From contig NW_027192199.1 in assembly GCF_041956535.1 (NCBI RefSeq), positions 248,001 to 312,000 of the forward strand: DNA of 64,000 bases, read 5' to 3'. The DNA comes from Calcarisporiella thermophila CBS 279.70 (Eukaryota; Fungi; Calcarisporiellomycota). Every line of letters begins with the position of its first letter. Within the stretch, counting starts at the first letter, position 1. The notes beneath the pieces were generated by a model. It had not been told where the DNA came from. It worked only from the letters and a program-made list of their open reading frames with translations, and made no database searches. Below, piece by piece: positions 37,162 through 49,184 of this stretch. Position numbers and translations under genes: made by a program.

Positions 37162-40100
37162 ATGTTCTGGCGGTTTGGTTTCCACAGTCCTTCTGCGGTT
37201 GACACTTTGCTGGACAAGGAGGATGTCACCCTTGAGGAGTTAATGGATGAAGACGATCTGCTGCAAGAGTGCAAAACACATAACGCTAAGTTAATCGAAT
37301 AGTAAGTATATGAAGTGACATGTCATCTTATCCGTGCTTCTACGAATGATGATGAGCTATGAATTTATGTTAAAAAATTGAGTGATCTATTTCGTGGCAA
37401 TTTTATTACCAATCGCTTAATATTCTACTATATATTATCTAGTATTCGTGATCCAGCTATATTGTCGAGATTACTGGATTACATTATCAACGATGACCTT
37501 GAAGATCGACAGCGGTTTAAGTAATCTATCTCCAACCAGCAGTTTCGAGAGTTGGCCATCTTTAATTCCTCATAATATTACAGATATCCCTACATTGCAT
37601 GTGAAATATTTGCCTGCGAACTTACTCCCATCCTCGATGCATTGTTGGAGAATAAGGATCTTCTCATTGAGTTTTGGAAATTTCTAGACAGGCCTTCGCC
37701 ATTGAATTCACTACAAAGCTCTTATTTTAATCGTGTTATATCAGTTATGTTATCCAAAAAAACTGGAGAGGTAATCGTTATAATGCTTGTTGGGTTTCTG
37801 TGATTTGGTCGTCAAATGATTTTGGATTTGCAGATGCTGGACTTTATTAAATCGCAAGAAAACTCCCTGGATAAAATTTTATCGCACCTAGAAGTCTCTG
37901 CAATGGTGGATATGCTGGTGACCATTCTTCGATTGGAGGAACTCCCGGAGGGTGCTGGTGTCGTAGAGGTATTACAACTCGCTTTCCTTTCTCAACTAGG
38001 ACTCTAACTATGTATACTCTTGATGTAGTGGTTATGCTCTCAAGGATTGATGTCTAAACTTATTTCTAAGCTTGATCCTTATCTTGATCCTGAAGTAAGT
38101 TGTATTTAGTAAAGTATTGCTTTGAGGCCTTGGAATAACTTGATGTTATTTTGTTTCGTACAGATTCACTCCACAGCACAACAAGTCCTGCTCGAGATTA
38201 TCAAAATCTCACAGACTGGCAATCCTGAGGCGCCTTCAATCGGACCAAATGCTCTTATCGCAGAATTCATCAGGTAATACTGATACTCTTGAAATTTTCA
38301 AGGTTTCTTTCGGGATTTAATTATGGATATTCTGTTGATAATAGCACTGCATCAGCTTCGAGACTTGTACACTACATGCTAGACCCAGAAGCCCCGTATT
38401 CAACTTCGACGCTAATTAATGCTGTTCCTATCTTCATTGACCTTATTCGCCACAACAATGCGTAATACATATGGAGATATTAACTGGGAACATATTTTGA
38501 TACTTAACAAAGTTTTCTGATTTTTTAGCGATTTCGAAGGCGAGGCTCATCCCGAAATCTCTGGACACCTAGAACACAGCCGGATGGGCACCGTAGATCT
38601 AAGTGATATGTTACGTGTATTTGCCACACACATAGGGGATTTCCAAAAATTACTAGTCAACCCAAAATCAATTGTAAGTGGTACTAGTATTTGTTAGCAA
38701 TTCAATACTATTCATAAACTTTTTATTATTGCAGAACGGGTCAATCAAGCTTACAGTTGGTGAGATGATACCACTAGGATTTGAACGCCTAAAAATATGC
38801 GAGCTCTTTGCCGAATTACTTCATTGCTCAAATATGACGGTGGTAAATTCGAAACCAGCACTAGTAGACGACCAGGCTGAAATGACGAGATCGGATCCTG
38901 AAGAAATACAACGTGTTCATATGAGAGAGGAGAGTGAGTTATTCATTAAGCCGGCCGAAAATACAAGCTCCGACAGGACTACCAATGCTATGGAAGAAGC
39001 TCCAGTTGATGTGCCCGACAACGGAGAAATTACAAAACATAAAGAAGGAGAGGAAATCCCAGAGAATATTCTTGAAGAGAAGAAAGAGATGGCCGTGCAA
39101 CCAGAATCGGGAGAGAATGCAGAAGTTGAGACTACTAATGATGGGAAAAAATCAGGCTTGATGGATATTGCTCCAACTCTAACAGAAAAACCAACGAGTG
39201 ATTTACCAGGTGATGATGAAAAGCAGCCGTATTCCGCAAATGAGAGACTTGAGTTCTCCGTAGGTGATTTGTTGAAATCAAAATTTGTTGAGTGCAAAGT
39301 TCTTCCGACATGCTTGGTATGTATATAGCTGTCTGTAATCATACACATATTTCCCCATATCATACTTAATATACTCTTTCTTTATTACGATTATAATGCA
39401 GGATTTATTCTTTAACTATCCATGGAACAACTTTCTGCACTATGTGGTTTATGATATTGTACATCAAGTGTTTAATGGAAAAATTGAGGATAAACACAGT
39501 AGGGAACTGATTTTCTCGGTAAGTAGATGCATTGGTTCTATTGGATATATATGCCACTTAATTATTTTATTCTCCCTGAAGGCGTTCACGGATGCACAGT
39601 TTACAAAACGTATAATCCAAGCACAAGCACAAAATGATCAAGAAACGTATGTAATGATAGGCATTCATTATATGGGAACTATACTAAACCCTCTCCTATA
39701 GCTCCCAAACCAAAGGAGTACGTTTAGGCTATATGGGACATCTAACTTATATTTCTGAGGAACTGGTGAAGATATCCGAGGCTCGCTATTCTGAGCTCGG
39801 TAAAGACATTCAGGCCTATCTCGAGGACCCAGAGTGGCAGAATTATATCCAACATACACTGGCCGAAACGAAAGAACGAAATCAGCTGCCACTTGGAGGA
39901 ATACGACCCGCTCATGACAGCCTAAGTTTGGGCGTTGGTGAGGAGTTTGGCGGTGAAGCATCGGGTGGCGAAAAGGTGAGAAAGCATAGCATTATACTCA
40001 TAAGCGTATATAGTGAGTTTATGCTAATCACCTTCCCATGTTTATTCTAGATTTCACAATACGTGTCACACCCGTCGTCAAGTGTATTGGATGCAAGATT

Positions 40101-40855
40101 TAGCTCAGTAGAAGACGAAGATGAAGAAGAGATTGAATGGATGAGGTTTGCATTCTATTAAAGCTTTTTTTAACATAGCTAGTATTCACTTAATCATCTA
40201 TAGTGATTTTAATTGGGAGGATTTCAATATGCGAAAACCATTCTCACAAGCAACAGAGACCAATCCATTTGGCGAGCGACAATCGCTCGAGCTTGACGAT
40301 GAAGATGAAGATGAGACAAAGAGTGATGAGGGAGATGAAGACGAAACGCTCCAACTTCCAGGTGTCAACACTATACCTCGAACCTCCGGCTTTGACGATG
40401 ACTGGGGTAATCCTGTGCACTCCTCGCCCAAGTTCAATATGTCGTCCACAGAATCTTCTCACTTAGAATTTGCTTCAAGTGACGAACCCGTCTCTAATTT
40501 TGGCGCTGTGAGCAAATCATCCACGATGGATATTGCTGAACTGGACGAAATCTGGGGTGGGCCTATTGAGCCTGCTTCGCTACAAAAGTCAGATCCAGGG
40601 AACGAACACGAGGATGAAGATGCAGATGAATTTGGTAAGTTCGAACAAGCAGAATTCGTGGTGGACACACCAGCCAATGTGGGTGAAAACGATGGGGACG
40701 AGTTTGGAGATTTTGAAGGGGCCACATCTCAACCCGAATATTCTTCAAACAATGTAAATGCCCCTGGCGATGCAGCTGAAGAGATTCAGAATGGCATAAA
40801 AATGGGAGCTACAATAACTTCAGATCCTTCACCAAACCCTCCTTCACCTGGATAA
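37162..40855 (+). CDS. SIT4/PP6 phosphatase-associated protein (SAPS family; Sap190/Ekc1/PPP6R)
   Basis: MFWRFGF...[76 protein letters not shown], and an acidic tail. Confidence 0.93.
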
Positions 40856-41266
40856 TATGACATGGAACACAGACGCCATCTCGGATGTAGTTGGCATGTT
40901 CTAAATTATGTAGAAGAGATTTCCCAATTCTCATTTCATTTTCGATTATCTATTGACTTTATTTTATTTTACTTCTCCTTCTCTTATTCTTTGAATGATA
41001 GATCGATTTTTTTAAAATGCCTTGAAATTTTCCAGTGTTCTTTTGGGAAAGTGTTTAGGTTACAGAGATTATATAACCATTGTTTTCACATCAACTTGAA
41101 CTCCTTAAACTCGTTGTTTTATTTATAATATATTTTAAGTTCTTTTATAAAAACTCAAAAATTCCCTAATATACACATAGCTATAGATTTTGATGTATTT
41201 TTAAGAAAAGTGTCTATTTTACAACCCTTTCTAAAGAAAATTTTCAATGTTAAAATAAAAAAATTT

Positions 41267-41350
41267 TGGACGCTATGGGGATTGAACCCATGGCCTTTCG
41301 CAATTTTGCTAGATTGCAAAGCGAATGTGATACCACTACACCAAGCGCCC
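41267..41350 (-). tRNA. tRNA-Ala (anticodon TGC) with a ~12-nt canonical intron
   Basis: Reverse complement: GGGCGCT-tggtgtagtggtatcaca-ttcgc-ttTGCa[atctagcaaaat]t-gcgaa-aggcc-atggg-ttcaatc-cccat-AGCGTCC-A, with G3:U70. Confidence 0.95.
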
Positions 41351-41365
41351 TTTCCACTTGTTTTT

Positions 41366-41817
41366 TGTTACGAGATAATTGGTTTTTGTACGGGGAAGTC
41401 ACAGAGGCAGTCACATAGGCATTCAGGAAGCGCGATATCTTTAAAGTGGAGCAGCCAATAGAATTGTTTACCGCTACGTTGCCGACCCCTCGTGGTTACT
41501 CTTATGCTCCCTCATGGTTACTTTGTTGAGGTTGATTGCTATTTTGTTGGTTTAGCTTTATTTATCCTTGAACACCAGTTGAGCTATTTCCTTTATCTCT
41601 TAATTCTATTTAAACCCCTCTATTTTGTTTTACTGTTCCTCACCAATCTCTTATTTTTATTATTAAGGTGAGGATAAGCTATTATTTCATTATATTATTA
41701 TTATTATTATTATTATAATTAGTTTTATTATTAGTCTTTTATTAAAACACCAATCTCTTATTTTTATTATTAAGGAATCCGCACAGCTCTCCACGAAATC
41801 TCCCTTTGCCTGTAACA
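41366..41817 (+). mobile_element. Solo LTR 1 (~345 bp core plus a 107-bp internal expansion), 15 bp upstream of tRNA-Ala(TGC)
   Basis: Termini TGTTAC...GTAACA flanked by tttt. Both ends are homologous to the adjacent LTR 2. Strand is given as read outward from the tRNA. Confidence 0.82.
41641..41775. repeat. 28-bp direct repeat flanking a (TTA)n microsatellite inside LTR 1
   Basis: caccaatctcttatttttattattaagg at 41641-41668 and 41748-41775. (tta)n at about 41690-41717. Confidence 0.9.
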
Positions 41818-41890
41818 TTTTTGTTATGAGAAAATTGGTTTTTGGTACGGGCAAGTCACCTTGACAGTCACAAGTGACTCGATAGTATTT

Positions 41891-42870
41891 TCCTCCGTGC
41901 CAAAATGGACATCGAGGAGGCTATCAGAGGTGAACTNNNNNNNNNNNNNNNNNNNNNNNNNNNNNNNNNNNNNNNNNNNNNNNNNNNNNNNNNNNNNNNN
42001 NNNNNNNNNNNNNNNNNNNNNNNNNNNNNNNNNNNNNNNNNNNNNNNNNNNNNNNNNNNNNNNNNNNNNNNNNNNNNNNNNNNNNNNNNNNNNNNNNNNN
42101 NNNNNNNNNNNNNNNNNNNNNNNNNNNNNNNNNNNNNNNNNNNNNNNNNNNNNNNNNNNNNNNNNNNNNNNNNNNNNNNNNNNNNNNNNNNNNNNNNNNN
42201 NNNNNNNNNNNNNNNNNNNNNNNNNNNNNNNNNNNNNNNNNNNNNNNNNNNNNNNNNNNNNNNNNNNNNNNNNNNNNNNNNNNNNNNNNNNNNNNNNNNN
42301 NNNNNNNNNNNNNNNNNNNNNNNNNNNNNNNNNNNNNNNNNNNNNNNNNNNNNNNNNNNNNNNNNNNNNNNNNNNNNNNNNNNNNNNNNNNNNNNNNNNN
42401 NNNNNNNNNNNNNNNNNNNNNNNNNNNNNNNNNNNNNNNNNNNNNNNNNNNNNNNNNNNNNNNNNNNNNNNNNNNNNNNNNNNNNNNNNNNNNNNNNNNN
42501 NNNNNNNNNNNNNNNNNNNNNNNNNNNNNNNNNNNNNNNNNNNNNNNNNNNNNNNNNNNNNNNNNNNNNNNNNNNNNNNNNNNNNNNNNNNNNNNNNNNN
42601 NNNNNNNNNNNNNNNNNNNNNNNNNNNNNNNNNNNNNNNNNNNNNNNNNNNNNNNNNNNNNNNNNNNNNNNNNNNNNNNNNNNNNNNNNNNNNNNNNNNN
42701 NNNNNNNNNNNNNNNNNNNNNNNNNNNNNNNNNNNNNNNNNNNNNNNNNNNNNNNNNNNNNNNNNNNNNNNNNNNNNNNNNNNNNNNNNNNNNNNNNNNN
42801 NNNNNNNNNNNNNNNNNNNNNNNNNNNNNNNNNNNNNNNNNNNNNNNNNNNNNNNNNNNAAAAAAAAAAA
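41891..42870 (+). mobile_element. Young poly(A) retroposon, second copy of element C; interior is an assembly gap
   Basis: TSD gactcgatagtattt(t) at 41876-41890/1 and 42871-42885/6. At least 11 A at 42860-42870. Same 5' end as 11486. Confidence 0.9.
41937..42859. other. Assembly gap (N run) inside the retroposon
   Basis: Run of N. Confidence 1.
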
Positions 42871-42886
42871 GACTCGATAGTATTTT

Positions 42887-43199
42887 GATGCCCCGGGCTT
42901 AACCAATGTGTGCTGGGTTCGATTCCCGGCGACGGCACCTGTACTAGAGATGGGTCCGGGACATACTCTAGGAATCGAGCTATAAGCTACTTCGTTCTTA
43001 ATAATTTGATATTGACCGTCTTCAGAAAACAAAGAAATACGTTTAATATAGTGGCTTGTCAGAAGAAATACATGTAAGCAATGGTTGAGCGTTAGAAATA
43101 GCGTGCAATCCTTTCATTTAACTTGTATAGGAGACTTTTCAATAAAAGATCCTTCAATCTCAAAAAAAATCGAGAGCATTTTGATCAAAAAAAAAAAAA
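42887..43199 (+). mobile_element. SINE-like element with a tRNA-derived head (B-box) and poly(A) tail
   Basis: GGTTCGATTCC at 42916-42926 in a T-arm hairpin followed by gacggca. AATAAA at 43141, and ttgatc+A13 ending at 43199. Degenerate TSD gactcgatagtat / gactcgagagtgt (43201-43213). Confidence 0.72.
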
Positions 43200-43989
43200 C
43201 GACTCGAGAGTGTAGCACGAGTGTAGCGTAAGGTGAAGGTGCAATATTCGCGAGTATCATGACGAAAATAGCGTGATAGCATGACATGTATAACAAGGAT
43301 TTCGACACCCTTAATATCCTCTCGACTTCGTTATTTCTCTTACTTTTACTTATAACTTTTCTTGACTTATTTTAAACCCTTCCGTTTTATTTTAATGTTC
43401 TATACCAATTCTCTGAACTATTAAGATGAAATTTCTTATTATATCAAGATCCGGACACCCCTACACACAATACTCCTTTCGCCCGTAACATTTTTTTTGA
43501 ATAGAACACTAAATATATGGAAATTTTTTTTTCTTTTTAAATTTTTGCACGAATTCCTCGTCACCACTGTTTATTAACGGGTAGAGCCTTTCTGTTTTAA
43601 TTCTCTGAATTAATGTTTTGAATCACACAATTTATCCCCATAGTATTTGCCGGGTTTAGTGAGAATTTAAAACAGCAAGGATACGATATTTATTTTTAAC
43701 AAAGTTATCGTATTTATTTTCTATGTGTTTTTTTTCCTTTCTGTTAATTATATTGATTCATTTTGCAAAATATTTCTAACTTTGCAAGTTTCAATGTGAA
43801 TCAATTTTTTCACTGAAATCTTGGACGAACAAATTAAAAGAGGCTTGGAACCTTTTGGATTGAAACTGTCGTTATTCGGCAAAATGACTGCAAGCAGTCA
43901 CTTTTGTTTTCTTTTTTCGCCTTCAACTAGCACTTAGCGTCCACCTTTTGATCGCAATTTATTTCACCCTGAAATCATAAAGCCTAGAA

Positions 43990-46900
43990 ATGCTAATGGC
44001 AAGGCTGAAGCTCGCTTGCCATGCATTTCGTTGTTTATCTTGCGGAAGAACTTACCGCCACCAAGTCACGGTCCGGCGCAATTTCTTCACTTCCTCTGCC
44101 AAGGCTGTCCAACCACAATTGGCCACCACTTCTATAGCTCGTCCCGAACCTATTCAGCTCCCTAATTCCGGAATCACAACGAGAATAGTAGCACCGACGC
44201 AGCTTGGTGAGCAACTTGCGGTATTGCATGCAAGTATTCGAACGGGAGAGATGGATCGAGCACGGCGAATCTTTAAAAATTTACACAAGACTACGCCGGA
44301 TGCCGCAAGGGCCTTTGTAGATATTCATGTGCACAATGCATTCATGGACGGCTACGTAGAAGCAAAGCCGAGCCCGAGGACTCGTGAGGCCCTGGCATGG
44401 TTTGACGAGCTGAGCATGTATGGTTTGAAGCCTGACATTACCAGTTTCGCTATATTAATCAAAGGCTTCTTGAGGTATTATTGATTTGCTCTCTTTCGAT
44501 TTCGAAATGCTTGCTTTGTGAGGCTAACTTGAGTTTGTTTGTCATTAGAACAAAAAGTTATAACACTACCCGTGTTCTGATCCAAGAAATGGAGAAGTCA
44601 GGGTTTACCATTGAGCAGCTAATGCGAAATCCACATCTTGGAGATGAAGAGCTTATTAAACTTCGCGAGGTAAATATGACAGCGCAGTCTATTTCGCTAC
44701 GAATTTTTCTGATTTCCATTGAAATACTGCTAGGCGATAAAGGAAAGTTCTCCTGCTGATCTTGAGCATAGCACCAATATTTTACGTGAACTAGACCTTG
44801 CTAAAGAGAGCGCCTCTAAAGCTAAAGAATCTGCTGAAAACATACCAGAAGTCAAACCAACCAGCTCTGCGGGGCTTTTGTTCCTTCGGAAAACCCTGGG
44901 TGCGCTTGAGGAAAAGCATTTAGATCGTTATGAACGACAATTAAAGTTGGAGGAGAGAGCATATGAGGTAGCTTTAGATCGCCTTAATCACGAGAAACAG
45001 GCTTCTATTTCACGGGGAGACAAGCTCGGTGCCCTGAACCTCAGCCCACTGAAGCGGAGGATGTGGGAATGGCATACTGGTCTGAAACAGCGGATAGAGA
45101 AAGAGCTGAAGCAGATGGAGGAAAACAACGATAATTGTAAGTCGATTTCTCCCCTGACCTTAATGTTAGCTACCTTGTATATGTGGTTTTAAATATGGCC
45201 ATTTTATTATGTAGTGGCGGTGTTCCTGAAACTGCTCAAGCCAGAGAAGCTTTCTGTCATCACAATATTGGAGATGCTTAATCAATACAACACGGGCATA
45301 ACCGGGGGAATGCGTTCAACGCGTGCTCTTATTACACTTGGCAAAGCTATCGAGAATGAATATCATTCCGAGCAAATGAAGAAAAAATCAAACAGCCATT
45401 TGGTATGTAAACAACGGTTCATGAAAAGAGCCTATACAGTATTACCAACGGTACTTTATTTTACTAGTTTTCAAAAAAGTTCAATGTGCACAGTCTTTAT
45501 TCCTCAGGAAAACTTTTTAATATGAGTGTTCGCCGTGCGCAATCTAAACTGGTTTCAGAGGATCTGCAGTCTGACTGGAAGCCGATATGGCCACAGACAA
45601 CCCGGGCAAAGGTTGGATCCGTGCTTGCCAGTCTGCTCATTGATACCGCAAAAATACCCGTTACGAAGACCTTAGCAAATGGCGAGAAAATGTAGGCCTA
45701 CCATTTTGCTTTGACCAAGATGAAATTTGATAACCAACATTCTCCACTTGAATTAGAGTTGAAGAGCTTCCAGCTTTTTATCACACCTATGCTTTTATTA
45801 AAGGAAAAAAGGTGGGAGTCATCATGCTAAACGACAACCTTTGCGAGATGCTAGCTCGTGAGCCTCTCCGGGACACTCTTCACCCTAAACTGCTGCCTAT
45901 GCTTGTGCACCCTAAACCCTGGCTCACATACAACAGCGGCGGTTATCTAGCAACTAAATCGGTTTGTATGCGCACGAAAGACTCTCCGGAACAGATGATC
46001 TATCTCCGAAAGGCTTCTGAACAGGACCGATTGAGCGCAGTGCTGACGGGACTAGACGTTCTCGGGTCAACACGGTGGACAATCAATAGGGGTGTTTTTA
46101 ACGTCGTTCTTGAGGCGTGGAACACCGGAGAGGCGATAGCAGATATTCCTCCCGCCAAACTCAATCTTCCTTATCCCACCAAGCCCACTGGAACTGATCA
46201 AAAAGAGAAGCATCAATGGGCCAAAGCAATGCAAGCAATTGAACTGGAAAAGCGCAACAATCACAGCTTGAGGTGTACAGTAAATTATCGCATAGAAATT
46301 GCGCGTGCCGTGAGTAGATGGATGCAATTTCTTCTACCCTTATTCCTACTGAACGTTTTCTATTTACCTTTTGCACTAGTTTTTAAACGAACCTATTTAT
46401 TTCCCTCATAATCTTGATTTCCGTGGCCGCGCCTATCCGATGCCTCCTCTTCTCAACCATTTAGGTGATGACTTGTGCCGTGGCCTGCTAAAATTCGACG
46501 AAGCAAAGCCATTAGGCTCAAAAGGGCTAAAATGGCTTAAAATTCACCTAGCGAACGTTGTGGGTTACGACAAGTAGGGATCTTGGCATCTTTTGATATC
46601 TATCCTGTTTATGTATATACTTATTTTCTCTAAACAGGTATTCATTTGTCGATCGTGAGCAATTTACCATGAACAACTTGGAGAATATCTTCGATTCTGC
46701 AGATCGCCCGCTGACTGTTAGTATTGTGGCTTATTTTAGTATAGGAAAAACCAATTTTAACGACCGGATATCTTGTAGGGCAAACGATGGTGGCTACAGG
46801 CAGAAAATCCTTGGCAGTGTCTAGCAAGTTGTTTGGAGTTAACCGAGGCTCTCCGTAGCCCGGTACCTGAAGAGTATCGAAGCCGGCTTCCAATTCACCA

Positions 46901-48188
46901 GGATGGAACCTGCAATGGTTTACAACATTATGCGGCTCTGGGGGGTGATATCGCCGGAGCCCAGGCGGTCAACCTCGAGCCCTCTGATCGACCCCAGGAT
47001 GTATACGCTGGCGTGCTCAACCTTGTGATAAAACAAGTGGACCGGGAGGCGGCTGAGGGGAATGAACATGCCCTAATGTTGCAAGGCAAGCTTACGCGCA
47101 AGGTCATCAAACAGACCGTAATGACCAATGTGTATGGTGTGACGTTTGTTGGAGCTCGCGAGCAAATTGCTGCACGCCTGAAGGAGATCAACGTCCCTGA
47201 GGAAGAGGTATACAAGTTGAGTGTATATCTTGCAAGGAAGGTGTTCGACTCAATCGGTGAGCTGTTTTCCGGAGCGCGCAAGATTCAAGACTGGCTTAAT
47301 CTGTGCGCACACCGGATTGCCAAGAGTGTTCCCCCTGAGACCCTGGAGAGAGTGGAGCGCAATTCATTGGAGGTCAGCTCCACCTCCGGCAAGGGGAAAA
47401 AGAAGGCACAAACCGCTGGAGCCCATCAGATGACGAGTGTGATATGGACCACCCCCCTTGGGCTCCCTATTGTGCAACCCTACCGCAAAGTTGGACAAAA
47501 GGCCGTCAAGACAAATCTGCAAATGATCACCATTGAAGATCCTAACGCGCCTGCCCCTGTCAACACTCGCAAGCAACGCACCGCCTTCCCCCCGAACTTC
47601 ATTCACTCGCTGGATGCCACACACATGCTCATGTCGGCAGTGACGTGCCAGGCCAAAGGTCTCACCTTTGCAGCAGTGCACGATAGCTACTGGACCCATG
47701 CTAGCGACGTCGATACGATGAACACGGTGATCCGAGATGAATTCGTGAAGTTGCACAGTCAGCCTCTTATGGAGAGACTGCGGGATGAGTTCGTGGAGAG
47801 ATATGGGGGATATAAGATGCCGGTGCCGGTATCTTCTCCTGAGGGCAAACGGTTGGCGAAATTGACCCGCAAGGTGCGGGCGAAAGTCGAGGAGCTTCCG
47901 CCTCCCGTTGTGGAGCCTTGGGTGGAAGAGATGCTACGGAAAACAGAGAGCGAAATCGCGGCGGAAACCAAGACAGAAAAAGAGGGCAAGTACGCAGACG
48001 AAGTTGACATGGATGAGGTTTTGCTCGGGGAGGAGGAAGAGGAGGAAGAGAATGATGACAACCTCAATAAGTCTGAGCCGACTAAATTGCTGCAACAAGT
48101 ATGGGTAGATTTGGAGATACCCCCATTGCCACCAAAAGGGGAATTTGATGTGTCCAAGGTGAAGTTGTCAGACTATTTCTTCCATTAG
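43990..48188 (+). CDS. RPO41: Mitochondrial DNA-directed RNA polymerase (T7-like) with N-terminal PPR-like motif
   Basis: [83 protein letters not shown]-terminal SDYFFH. Confidence 0.97.
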
Positions 48189-48368
48189 ACACACTTGCTA
48201 TTTATTTGTATAAATACGGACTCTCTTGTTTATTTTCATTTGGATATTTTTCTATTCGTTTTTTCACGCAATTTTTCACGGACTCTTCAAAAAACTAATA
48301 ATAAAAAAAAAAAAAATCCAAAATCGACGGTCCTCAAATCGATACCCCTTTACGCGCCTAGCTCAATA

Positions 48369-49065
48369 ATGGTGAATAAATGCGTGTTGAGCCTTGGGAA
48401 AAGCATGAATCAATTAACATCTTTTCCATTTTGTTAGACCCCATCGCGATCTCGTAAAAGGAAAGAGAAGGAGTCCTCTACACTACTTGATCTTCGTCCA
48501 GATCAAGTGGAAGAAATTCGAGAAGGTGGATTTTATTATTAACCATTTCCTTACTATCTCAATCCCTGATCTGAAATTTTTTTTCAGCCTTTCGCTTATT
48601 CGACACAGATGACTCCGGCTACATTGCTTCAAAAGAATTGAAGGCAGCATTACGTGCACTGGGTATCGAGCCCAAACGCGACGAACTTCAACAATTAACG
48701 AGAGAGGTAGACCCGGATTCAACCCACATAGTTGAATTTGATAGATTTTTAGAGCTGGCTGCTAGAAAATTGGTGGGTGATGATCATGGATGATTCTTGC
48801 GGTCATTATTTCATAGCCCTAATATTCTCTGGATTAGTCGGAAAGAGATATTAATAGCGAAATTATAAAAATTTTTCGCCTCTTCGACGATGACAATACA
48901 GGCAGAATTTCTTTTCGCAACTTGAAACGTGTGGCACGAGAAGTAGGAGAGCCAATTACGGACGAGGAGCTGCGCGAGATGCTCGAGGAAGCGGACCGGG
49001 ATGGGGACGGCGAAGTGAGCGAAGAGGAGTTTGTACGAATCATGAAGAAGACCGGCCTTTTCTAA
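48369..49065 (+). CDS. Centrin (caltractin), CETN1/2-type EF-hand protein
   Basis: [80 protein letters not shown]. Four exons, the first being ATG only. Confidence 0.9.
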
Positions 49066-49184
49066 AGTATCCATGTGCAAACTCTCCCATCTTTTTTTGT
49101 TGTATTATACAATTGTTCCAAAGTTTCCCCCGTACTTCTTTCATTTGCATATCTTTAATATATATATATTTACAAACACGTATA

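Larger units (their letters stand above)
41822..43490 (+). mobile_element. Solo LTR 2 (~344 bp after removing two nested retroposons), tandem to LTR 1
   Basis: Starts TGTTATGAGAAAATTGGTTTTTGGTACGGG (LTR 1: TGTTACGAGATAATTGGTTTTTGTACGGGG). Ends ctcctttcgcccGTAACA (LTR 1: ctccctttgcctGTAACA). tttt on both sides. Confidence 0.82.

Noticed and set aside
42887-42940. A third tRNA gene
   Set aside because: Only the T-arm/B-box and a 3' acceptor-like strand are present, with no D or anticodon arm. It heads a poly(A)/TSD-bounded insert, so it is treated as SINE-like.
41824-43032. Long ORFs spanning the second N gap
   Set aside because: Artefacts of the N run.
41366-43490. LTR1 and LTR2 as the two ends of one full-length retrotransposon
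   Set aside because: They abut with only 4 bp between them, enclose no gag/pol, and are diverged. They fit two separate solo LTRs.
46833-48188. T7-like RNA polymerase as a phage or linear-plasmid insertion
   Set aside because: The gene has many spliceosomal introns, a presequence-like N-terminus and a PPR-like motif. It is the normal nuclear RPO41.
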